NCBI GenBank assembly: GCA_905178155.1
Contig: CAJINV010000003.1
Span: forward strand, 9,307,979-9,371,978
Source: Amoebophrya sp. A120
Taxonomy: Eukaryota; Protista; Dinoflagellata
Length of the DNA: 64,000 nt
Direction of reading: 5' to 3'
This document shows, piece by piece, positions 49,501-61,500 of this stretch. Positions within the stretch are counted from its first letter, which is position 1. Each line of letters opens with the position of its first letter. The notes below the pieces were generated by a model. The model was given only the letters and a program-made list of their open reading frames with translations. It was not told where the DNA came from and did not search any database. The position numbers were made by a program, and so were the translations under genes.

Positions 49501-52500
49501 AGCCTGGGAGTAGTGCTGCACCTAGATCATGACAGTGGCCACGAAGCCACCGGGGCCACGGTGGCAACCCTTGCGTGCCCGCTGGCGGGTGGCGACCAGA
49601 CCACCGTGGCGGACACATCACTTCCGATGTACGTATCGTGGGGTGAACGCCCACCGAGAGCCTCTTCCCGGGGCCTCCCAGGGTACGGAAGTGCGCCTGC
49701 ACACGCCGTCAGTGGAGGTGGTTTGGCCACCGTGATAGCAAACCGCTTGGCTCCTGTGTCTCCAGCTCTCTTCGTATTTCCGGATGTCATCGAGCTCAGC
49801 CTGCACGAGCAAGTCGGAGCTTGGCAGCCAATCCTGTACACACGTATATAAGACAAATGATGACTCTCAGCCTGCCGTGCCTTGTCGGTGCGGCCTTTTT
49901 AGTGGATTTCTTGGCGCGGCCCGCGTGCAGTTTCGCTGCTCCATAAAGTAGGAATGCCTGCAACTTCGTCCATTTACTCGGCCTTTGGCGCTTGCGGCTG
50001 GCTCTTCCTTCTAGAAACGTCCGGTCGGCGGCGGATGACAGGGCTGTAGTAAAGGCGAAGGCTTTCGCTTACGCACGTCGGTTTGTGCCGGCGTAATCTC
50101 TGGCTCAAAAAATTGCACCGGGATTGTGCGCGTACTGCCTCGAATTCGCCAGCGTCAGCTCATCCGGCTCTTGGGATTATAAGACAAAACTGCCGGGCCC
50201 TGGGGAGTAAGCGCAAGCCCTCGTCCATAGACGAAGCTAGTAGGAGCAGCGCTTCCGAATCCGAAACTTGCTGTGCCTTTTCTGAATCTGATGAAAGCTT
50301 TTTTCAGCTTTGGAAGGCTTCGCCCGTGTCGCACTGACTCAGGCAAGCGCCTTGTAGCGCCCCAGTCCCCCCCGCTTTCGCTCGGCCCTGCTGAGAGTTC
50401 GTGCTGGTCGTACATTCTGCCAATCCTGCCCGGCACTCAAATCATTGGTTAGAGCGGAACTCGTGAAAGCTAAACCGGAGAAAGCTGAGACGCTGAAAAA
50501 TGACGCCTCGAATAAAACTGACAAGATGAACGAAGACCCAAATTTTGAACGCTGGAAGGCTGAAAGCTCGCACGTGGAGAACTGCGCAAACGGAGAAAGC
50601 AGTAGAAGCTTGGCAAGTCCACGCATGAAATCTCAACACACGAAAACTGAAAAAAGTGCATTTAACCATCGCTCCACTCTCCCACTATATCAATGCTCAG
50701 GAAATCCGTCCATGTGCGCGGGTCGTTGTTCGAACTGGACGTGGACTGGTACTGTGGTTGGCGGCGCAGGCACGGCCCGTTTGCAGAGAAGCGCATCGAA
50801 AAAGCTCTGGCCACGAATCTATCACTTGGAAAAATGATACCATATCACACGCGTGATGTCTACTTGCATGTCTTGAGAAGCACGCCACAAGTCAGAATTG
50901 TTTGTAGAGTTATGAGATGACACTGACGTGCTATGAATTTTCTGTGTGATAGAGCTCTACCCATGTGGAGTGTCCACTGCCTCTGGCGCCATCCGCCGGA
51001 AATGGTACGGAATGGGCCTCAATGCTGCGCGAACGCGGCGTCAATCGGTTTACCTGGCAAGTGAGCGTCTTTTTTTTGCCGGTCAACAACATCCCCCTGG
51101 ACGAGGTGCGTACCAAGTTGGAGAAGACAGCGCTGGTGGGCGACTTTTTCAGCGTTTATTTTCGTCCGTGGTCGCCAAAGAAACAGCAACATTCTCATAT
51201 CAGAATGAAAAAAGCCCTCCCCCGATACTCAAGTTAATACGTGTGTGTGTGAATTTGTGTCCACAACTTTCTTACGAGCTCTCACTCTATTGCATACCGC
51301 GCAACGTAGCGAGGGAGTTGATGTGTGCCGTACCTCACAGACGTTTTTGTGTCAAGGAGTTGTAAGGAAGGGCGCGGCTTTGTCTCATGATAACGCACCC
51401 GCTGCATCAACGCAGCTCCTCGGTGCTCCAGGAGGACAGCACGCTGGCCGAATTGGCGCCGCAACCGGAAAACAAACACTTCGAGACTTTTGGGGCCAGC
51501 CGGGTTCGTGGGAGTGCGGGGAGACAAAGTGAGTTGCGTTTATCGCTTGTGGATGGCCACCCGCCATGCTTGCGACCGGTGTGCGGGGTGATGGACGCGG
51601 AGTCCGGGCGGCGGCTGGCGAGCGGCGCGCTTCGGTCCGAGTACTCGATGCTACAGGATGTGGCCTGGTTTGATCATACGACGGGCATCCGGTCGGGAAC
51701 CGCGACGCTTCCTCGGGTGTCGAACATGATGTCGTGCGATTTGCGCGCGCCGTCCCTTCGCGGCGCGGATCCGCGGCAGGGTCATTCGCTGGCGGAGTAT
51801 GTCGTCGTCGCGGCCTGCGCGACGGACGCCGACGTTAGTGACCCTCGGCTGCGCCCTTATGCACGCATTTGGTGGGCGCGTCCGTTGTTCGAGGACAAAC
51901 GGCTTGGTCCGTTTGGGCCAAGGAAGGGCCGGCAGAACCGACGAAATCGCGCGCCCTTTGCGGCCTTCGGATGGAGTGCGGACGCAGGCTCGTCGTCGAC
52001 TCGCGGCCCGTATGGGCCTGCTCTGTTCAGTGCGGCGGCCGTTAGCAGCCACATGATGGACCACACGTTCCTCGAAAAGCAGGCTCACCGCACCTTCACT
52101 CCGCGTAGTGGACCACACGAGGGCGGATATCCTACGTGAAAACGGTCCTGCCTCAGAGTGGTGGCGCAGATCTTGCATGTGCTAGGAAGTGTTTTTCTAT
52201 GTAATATACAAGATTTGGGTCGGCCTTTAGGGCCACCCCTCGGTGGGCGTTCCTAGGAGTCTGGAAGGGGTGACGCAGGTTCAGAGTCGTCACATAGACG
52301 ACTACGCGCTGTCCTGTCGAAGCGAAAAACTAGCGGCGCTATCTGCGATTACGCGGCGCCGGCACGCTAGCTGCCTCCAAAGGCCCCTTGAAGGGCCGTC
52401 GCCCCGGGAGGGTCCTGGATACTCCCTGCGCCGGCCCCCCTCCGCTCTTTATCCTTTCCCGGGCTCCCCGGCCCCCCCCATCGGCCCCGCTTTCCGGATT

Positions 52501-55500
52501 CCCTGCCTGCGGTTCGTCTTGCTTTCGCGGAGGAAGTGCGGGCGCGCGGCGACGGCACTTGAGGCGCGCCCGCCCGGCCGACCCGGGTCCTGCTGGTATA
52601 GCGCCAGCCCTTCCTAGTCGGCGTCTGCGCTTTTGGTGTTTTCTTCTAGGAGACGGGCCACGGGTACTGTGCTTGGTATGGCTGCGTGCGGTCGCGTGTG
52701 TGCGCCGTTGAACATACGAAGGCCGGCGCGCCGCTATTAGGGAGAGCCGGTCGCTGCGCTGCGCTGCCCTCCGGGTGCGCGGCTTCCTGCGGAACCTGCG
52801 GCCGCTGCCTTGCGGAGTGCCTTCAGTGCGCCCCCCCGCGTGGGTTTTTGCATGAAACCCGCGGGGGCGCCTCCATCAGGCCGACAAGGGGCCCAGGAGG
52901 GGTGCCCCGGGGGCGTCCTGGACCCCCGCGCCAGCCGGGGGCGGGGCCCCCTGCTGCAGGATTCAGGGCTTTCTTTTCTGTTCTTCTGGTAGTGCTAGTG
53001 CGATAGGCATGCGCACCAAAGATAGAAAGCGCTGGAAAGGTAAAAAAGCGGCAGAAGGTGGAGCCAGGTACCCCACGGGACCAGGTGCCCTAGATTAGCT
53101 ACCCCAGGACGAGGCACCCTGGAGCGAGGTGCCCTGCAACCTGATGGAGCGATGATGGGAGCGAGGCCGACCGTGTACCCCGGGAAGCAGGCACCCACAA
53201 AGCTGTTACGTCGCAGACACCCACTAAGCTGTCGACGCTTGACGGCCAGCGGCGCACTTCGTCACCTTCGAATACAAACAAAACTTGTTGATCGGTTGCA
53301 AGAGGTCACATTTTCAGAAATTCGGGCCCAGAACGTTTCGCATTGTAGAGCAGCGCTCACATTATTTCGTATAATGCATGGGGTGGCGACGGTTTTACAT
53401 AGGACAGAGGCACGCAGGTTCTCATCGGGTTTCCTTTTCGGCAAGTGCCGAAAGATCCTACAGCCGCGCGCTGCGCTGTGGTGCCCCGCACCGCCTCGAG
53501 GTTTGCTTATTGTTACGTGCGCTGTAATAGTTTTAGTTGAGCGACCAACAGCTTTATATTGCTTGGAGAACATAATTGATGTGATATTCATTGCACAGTC
53601 TTTCACTTCTTGCTCCGGAAGGGAACCGAAACTCCATTACAAATCGATTTTACTACAGCCAAGTCGCATACTCCGTTCTGCAGGAGAAGAGTTTGCGGCG
53701 TCGTTCTAAGCCCCTGCTTCTATCACACGGAATTTCTCGGCCGCTGGCGGCACTTAATGCCACCCACGCGTGGTGCGTCATGCCGCCGGCAGCCGAAGTG
53801 ATGAGCGGGTGGCAGAAGATGCTGGATGAGCACGACGGATTGACAGACGAGGCCGGCGTGACAAAGGCAGCAGAGTACCGCGAGGCGGGTGCACTGCCGG
53901 GTGGCCTCGACGCCATGATCTACATCTCGTTAGACGGCGGGGATTCTTGGAGCGAGAGAGACCGCATGATTTTTCAGTACGTACGCTCACCCACTGTGCG
54001 CGCCGTACGGCCCGAGGGGCCTTTCGCTGCGGGAAGGCAACACGTGTTGACCGTTCACACGTCCGACCACCGCCAGAGCCATCCGATTCCGGAAAAGTTT
54101 TTCTGTGCGTTTTTGTTGTACGTGCCGGAGGAGCCGTCTCAGCGACCGGCGACAGCAGGAGATCGCTACTTTGCCACGGACCCGCAGCAGTCCCGACATG
54201 TAGTTTTTACTCTGGCCCGGTATCGAAATGCGACCTCCCTTCTTTGCGCCACCCCCGACCCGGCAGCGCTGCATCCCTTCTCGCCGACGCGCGCAGCGTT
54301 GGCCATTTCGGTGGACGGGCAGCATCTGGGTCCGACTATGGGGCTGCTCGATTCCTCGACGAGCGCGGCTTTGGAATTTCAGCATACGCCACGGGTTGTG
54401 CAAGGAACGGTAGTGGTGCAAACGCCTCTCGTTCGCTTGGAAAAGAACGGACGCACGCAAACCGAGGACTCGGTGCGGAGCGAAGATTTCGAGCGCGTTA
54501 GTGGTAGCAGAGAGGTTCTTGGCGCGGGGTCCCTTTTTTACGGCGTGCAGGAGTCGTACTCGTACACCATCGAGCTTGAAATGAAAGTGCGTTTCTCCGG
54601 AAATGCGCTTGCTTTTCTGAAGGTTGCGCACGGCGATGGCAAGCGCGCACTGCGGTGTCGTTTGAGTGCAAGCGTGCGTACCGAGGCGCTTGCAGAGCAG
54701 CACGCAAGCTTCGTCCAGGACGCTGGCACATCTTCTGCCATCTCCGCGAGGGGGCAAAGCAGACCCTTTGCTGGTCGGCAACCTCGCAAGCAAACTGCGA
54801 AGCACATCGTCGCCGGCAATCTGTTTGATCCAGAAAGTCCGACGGAAGCGATGCCTGACCGTGTGATTGGGTTCCAGCCTCCTCCGATTCTGTCCCAATC
54901 CCAGGAAATATCGTTCGCGCAAGAGGACCCCGAGGAGCAGGAGGTCCGGCTGCGTTGCGTCTTTCATTTTACCGAGCGTGAGGTCCGCGCATTTTTGTGG
55001 CGCAACCAAACCGACCTTCAGAATTTTCGCAAGGACCCCAGCGCGGATCCCCCCCGGGAGGTTTTTTCAGCGGGCCTGTCGGTGGCGCACGAGGCGGCAA
55101 CCGAGCGGTTGTTTGGCCCGGACGTGAAGGTGGAGATCCCGATGCATGTCCCTACGGTTCGGAGCGTGAGTCCGCAAGCGCTCTCCGCAGACCCGGTCAC
55201 GGAGAAGTGGATTGCAGTGCACGGGATCGGGTTCCGCAACACCACGGAACTCAGGTGTCGCATAGGTGCGCAGGATGCCGACGTCGCGCGGTGGGTGTCG
55301 GCGAGACTCGTGTACTGCCGGGTGGACAACCGAGCCCTCTCGCGCGTGTACCAGGGTGCGCGCCGAGACTGCGCTCCTGAAGAAGTGCTCCAGAGAGGGT
55401 TGCGCGGCCTGGGGAAGTCGAAGCGAGTGACGTCGCAACCTCGCCACTGCGTGGACAAGTACTTCTGGCCGGAAAACGAGCCTGTGCTCGTTGATTCCTC

Positions 55501-58500
55501 CGCGTCGCTGGTGCAAGGAAATCTGTCGGCGTCGGGAACAACGACTTCCGCGGCTCGTGTGCTAGCGGCTGCGGTCGATTCGCGGTACGCGATACTTGTA
55601 GAACAGACACGCAACGGAGCGAAGGCGCAGGAGATTCTTTCTGTTTTCAAATTTCGAACCGAGGATGTCGACAAGCCGCAGAGGGAAGAACAAGCGGAAA
55701 ACTATTTGCGCACATCAGCGTATCGTGTGGGCTCGCTGTTCGGCTCGGAAACCGCTTCCGCCTTGGGCTTCGAGTTACCCGAATATCTGGTGGACCCCGA
55801 GGATGACCGGTGGACTAGCGAGCGCCAGCGCCTGGTGCTCCCGGAGCACCTGGGCCGGGGCTATATTTCTCAGGAACCAGCAGGGGCAGGTAGTTTTGAC
55901 CTACTGAAGGAAAGCTGTTGTAGATGGTTTTTTGTGGTATCTGACAATCCTTGGTCTCGTAGAACTTGGCCGTATTTGGTTTTGAGGCAGTCTGTGCGCC
56001 GGTATGGAGGATTCTGAGCCTTTGGCGCTCCGGCATTGGTGATTCGCGTGTACGTCGGTGGCGTCCTCGGCCCGAGGCCGCCGCCCGTGGCTTCTCGGGA
56101 CCGAGTCGCCACCTTCCCCCACTTGTGTTGGCAGCGCCGTGCTTCGACTCAGTGACTTTTCCTTTCGCTTCGCTTATTATCAAGAGCGAAGCCCCGAAAT
56201 GGAAATACAAGAATATCGATATCCCTGAAAGAACCAAAACCCGGAAAGATCTCGTAGGAAACTTTTTTAAAAATAGGGCGGCGTAGAGTCCATGAATCCG
56301 CATCTATGCACTTTAGCGCCGAACTGTGCCTGCGATCGCATTTTGAAAATGCGGACCACATTATTTTCCATATACTGACGTGGGTCACCCAGGAAAACAG
56401 AACAAAAAGCGCGCAGCAAAAAACGGGCGCGAACGCACAGGCCAGCCGCGCGAATTTCAGCAGCTTTGGTCTGCTGCGAAAGGCCCTGCGCCGTGGTGGT
56501 TTCGCGTGCGGCGAAACCTTTAGAAATTGCGTTTACTTTTTTCACATGAAAGGGCGGCCACACTGGCCCGGAGGCGGCGAGCCATTGACCGGGCTTTCCT
56601 TCGCGCGCGCCTGGGGACAGGTGCGGTGGCGCCGTAGCATTTTAACAATCCCTGGATGTTTTCGTCCCTTTGGTTTTCTGTTGTTTTCCTCTGGTGACAT
56701 CAGCGTTGTTCTGTCTAATGTCTCTCCCAAGCGCATCGCGAGGGTCGGTAAGTTGAATCTTCCGTCCCTACGGCCCCAACCGCATGCGGCGCCGATTTGC
56801 AAGAAGGTCGCGCATCGGGATTCGACGCAGCGAGGACCGCACAGGCCCCAGCTCGGCAGCTTTATTATGGCAAGATTGTCATTGGTGCAGTTTGCACGCG
56901 GCTCGGAGCAGGCGTATGAGTATTACTTCTTCTCAATTTCCCAAAAGGAAAAAATCCAGGCACCCTACCGCAGCAGAGGAAGCAACTGTACGACATTTCT
57001 CCCGGCGCTTTCCAAGTTTTTCTATGGGAGGACTTTGCCTTCGTCGGCGTAGTGCAGGATATTAATGCAACGGGCGGCTCAGCAGGAGTGAAGGCTTTGG
57101 CAAATGAGACCGGTAACATGACCTTGGGCGTGTCTTTTGCAGTGGTGGATTTGGGACTTAGCAGGCAGCCAAACGCAACTCTCCTGAACCGCACGGTGCA
57201 AGGGTCTTTGCTATACGTCGCCGACGATACTTCTCTAGATGAGGGATTTGCAGACGTTAACTTCAACTACGGGGTCTCGAGACCGAGCCTTCTGGCGACC
57301 GCGGACACCGGGACGCAGAGTATTCGGGAAGGGGGGTTTACAGCGGAAGATTTTGCGTTGAAGCTCGCCTCAAACTTGGTGTTCCGTGGTTCCGTTGAGC
57401 TCGCAACCGGGGCGGACCGAGCGCTCACTAGCTTAGCTGGTATGCGCCACGCGCGGGGAGTTAATGAAACGGGCGATGGAAAGTATTCACTGGGTAAATT
57501 TCGTTCGCACTCGTGTAAATCGCATCGCTTCCTTGTTACTATGGTGAACCTCTCTCCAACTTCTAAAGAACGTTCCAGCAACCCTCACCAACTTCTCCAC
57601 GGATCTATGAACTACCATCGTCTGGTCTCGGATCCCCGGGAAGCTGAATATGCTTCCCGAAGTGCCGACGAGAGGTTGGCTGAGGGGTTCGCCATGGACG
57701 TGGTTGACAAACACGTAGGAGAGAGTTGCTACTTATTAAAGCGGAACGAATCAGGCGCGCGCATCTGCATGCTTTACGAGGAGAAGCGACCTGCTTCAAA
57801 GGTTTCACCTGCAGCGATATTTCGCATTCTGTGCAATAATGATGAAGGTCTCCAGGAGCTGCGGTTTCGTCGATTACAAATCCCCTCCGTGGCGGTCTGG
57901 CATTTCAACTTCCATTTCCATTTCCACAAAATTTTGTGGGTTTATGCATTTTAAAGCTGATGGCAGCGTTTGTGTCGGCTTTTGTCTATCTTTTTGCAGG
58001 GGGCGCTACAGCATTGAGATAGTTTCTAGAGCGCTCCATCTCAAGGCGTCGCGGGCCTCGCGGGCCCTCTGTCCCGCGCAACAGGCCTGAGGCCAAAATC
58101 TTCATGAGCTTCGAAACCTCCAACTTTCACGCCAACTGCCTCCCGGGCGCCACGCCCCACGCATCAGCGTCGAAGCCAAAACCCTCACCAGCTTCGAGAC
58201 CACCAACTTCCGCACCAACTCCCAGATCAGCGCTTGCGCCAACTTTCATAGCTATCTCCAGACTCACGTCTCAGCGACTGTCTGCGCAATGCTTGTATCG
58301 GATTTATACGAGTGCGATGCTTGTTTTGAACAGGATAGAAATGACGGCGCAGTAACACTCTTTGCAACCGTATTGGATCCGTCCACCGGTCAGGCAGCCG
58401 TGATTGCAGGAACCGAACAAAACCGCTCAGCGATTGCTTTGTCAGCCGAGATGAGCCAGTACACTTTTTCCGCTCTGCCGCAGCTGGAAGACGTCCACAT

Positions 58501-61500
58501 CCTGCGAACAGTTGGCGCAGCCTATTATGCAAACGGCGCCACGAACGCGACGCCGATAATTGACGTGCTTCTCGTAGCTGCTGCGGACAAGGAGGTGTCT
58601 GTAGTGTCGATGTTCGTGGAGGATTCTGCGAATCCCACTCTTCTGGCGGCGAAAACATTCGCGAGCCCTGTGTCAAGTTTGCGTGTGCAACTCCGTGGGA
58701 CGCAGGAGCTACGGTTGCTGATCGCCTTTGAAGGTTCCTGTCATGTGCAAGAGTACCTTGTCCCGGCTGTGTACGGCGGAATTCAGGCCGGATCGTCGTC
58801 GAGCCCTTCGAACTTAACGTTTGTTCAATCGCTGGAATCCCCTTTGCACGGCGACTGCTTTGCCGAAGGATTCTTCGGCCACAGGGAAAAAACGCTAATC
58901 GGCACCTCTGTGCGACGCGATCTTCTCCCCCGCGCACCGGTCCGGGTGGCCACCTACTTCGGGACTAGTTTCGCGCGCCCAAAATACGAGGCCGATATTG
59001 CGGGAAGTGCAGACGCCTTCGTCGCGCTCGCGGACGGGACGAGTCGCACGGCTGTTCGTCTCGTGGACGTAGCGCAGATGGAAACGAGTGCCGAGTTTGC
59101 AGCGATCGACACGGAGGGCCGCCTTGTCCGGTGGAGAGAGCGGATACTGGGACCCGCCGAGAAAGTCGAGGATCCGCGCGTCTACGCAAACGAGCCACAA
59201 CTCGTGCAGGTGAGTCAGTTCGGCTCCACCCTCCCCTTCTGGAGCGTCGCGGGTGCAGCTGCGTCCGCCCGCGCCAGTGTGGCCTTCTACGATACGCCGA
59301 CCTTCGTCCGTGTGGAACCAGCTTGGTGTCCCTTCCGAGGGGCGGACCTGCGCATCCTCGGGCGAAACTTTCCTCCCACGGGTGACCAGTTGCAGGTGCA
59401 GTTCCAGCACCGCTTCCCTCGCGAAGCGGGCGCAGTAACGTCCTTTGTGAGTGCCGACCCGACGGTCTTGCGCGCACCTCCGGGCATTGCGAAGGAGCTG
59501 TCGTTGCGCTCCTCTCGATTGTTGTCTGCGCGCTACGTGTCGCCCACAGAAATCCGTGTTCCGTGCCCGGCGTACCCGTTCGACCGGGAGGAACTGCTTG
59601 CCGAGGAGGAGCCGCTGCGTCAGCTTCCGAACGCCACCAGTGTAGGGCTGCGTGTTTCCTTCAACGGCCTCGAGTATTTCAACGTGGTTCGCGAGGGCAC
59701 GGGCGCGCGCATGGACGTCACATATTATCGCAGTCCGAAGATCGGGTTTGCGCATCCGAAGCTCGGCACGGTCGACGGCTTCGACGTGGTCGTTTCGGTG
59801 GAGGGGTGGAACCCCTACCTGCCCGTACGAGCTCCCTTCTGCCGCATCACGGAGGTGCCATCCATCTCTTCGCGGAAGCAGGCCTTCTTCGTCGACGGCC
59901 AGCTCCTGGACGCCAGCTGGAAGGTGCCGTCTTCGTGGGAAGCTTTCGCGCAGGACGGGGCGTCAACGGTTGCGTCGATCGCCTGCGATCCAAACGTGGA
60001 GGTTTGTCCCGACCGTGCGCCGAAGCAAAACAGTGACTACGGACACAAGTCCTTGGCACAGCAGACACAGGAGCCCATTGCCGAGCAAGGATTTTCATTT
60101 CCGCCGGTGCAGCTCGGCGGGGTCTTCAACGTTACCTGCCGCGTCCCGCCGTTCACAACGCTGGAGCGAGAAAGGGCCGCTGCGCGAGCACGCACAGAGG
60201 GGCTGCACCTGGAAGTGAAGCTCGAGCTCCTGGACCAGAGCGCGGACGGGGCCTCCGTGTCGCTAGCCGAAGGGGAGGCGCGGCTTCGCATTTATGGCTC
60301 CCCCGTGGTTGACCTGGTGTCGCAACGTGCGTCAGGCGACGAATTAAAGGGAGGAATTCAGTATAGCAACGCTGGGACCGTGCGCAGCGAGAGGATCTAT
60401 CCCTTCGTCTCCATTTTTTCCGTGGACCGCTCGCGGTCGGAGCACGGGGAGCACTTTGCCTCAGCCTTGGAGCCTGCGAGGGAGCCAGCTGAACTTCTGG
60501 GCGGCCAAGAGCGCGTCGCGTCCTCGCGAGCTTTGGGCAGGATCACCAACGACGTGAGGGTCGTGACGGAACGGATGCGGACCTTTAATCTCACCGTTCT
60601 GCAACAGGGCCGCAACGAGTGGACCTCGTTCGGACAAGTCGCACCGCGCAACCGCGCGAACCTGTATCGTACTTCGGGATATCAGGATTTGTTCAAGATT
60701 TCGACAGCTCCAGACGACACCATCGTCCTATCCTCCGGTAGCATGCAATACGGGACCACCGCGGACTTGGATCCAGGTTCGGACTGTGCGGCGCTGGTAA
60801 AGAACTTGCTCCCTCCAGGAAGCGCCACGCCCGACGTGCTTTCCTTGCCCAGTCGGGCCTTCGCGCTCCTTGGCAGCACGCAGACGGGCGTGCTAGCTCT
60901 TTGCCGACTTCAAGTAGTTCAGGAGCCTACGTACGGAAGTTATTTCACCACGACTCGTCTGCTCAACTCGGACGCGGCCGTCCTCTTGACAAGCGCGCCT
61001 GACAACAGCACGGTGCCGATCGATGCGTCATTCCTGGCAAGCATTGTGCGGCAGGCAAGTAGCAATGGCTCCCCTACCGTCGTTGTAGCATACGTAACCG
61101 GCAACGAAACCGCAGTTGCTTTTGTTGAAAGCGACGGCGTTTCCGTCAGCGGGTCTGTGCAGGTGTCTTTGGTCGGTATCGGGAAAATTCGCGGGATGCG
61201 TTTTCTGAGCACAACAGGTGACGCGGTGCTCTTTTCTCAAATGGATGAAGCGAACGAAACGACTTCGATACAGGCTGCTTTCCTGAGGTTGAATTTCACC
61301 AACAGCAGCGCAAATCTGACGAGTATGGCGGAGGTGGCCACTGTGTCGCCCGGGGGTGACCTCCTGCACGCGGAAGTTTTTGAAGTCTCCGCCACGGAGC
61401 TTCGGGTTGCGCTGCGAGTCGGCTTTACCAATGCAACTACTCAACAGGATGGCAATAGTACCGAAGTGCAAACCTTCTACCGCGAGGAACTTTCGGTAGT

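Noticed and set aside
49793-50958. GAGCTC repeat as a single intron junction giving PDVIELYP
   Set aside because: The GC3-rich frame after 50953 is a different one (STHVECPLP), and an intervening exon at ~50700-50825 fits the IPT pattern better.
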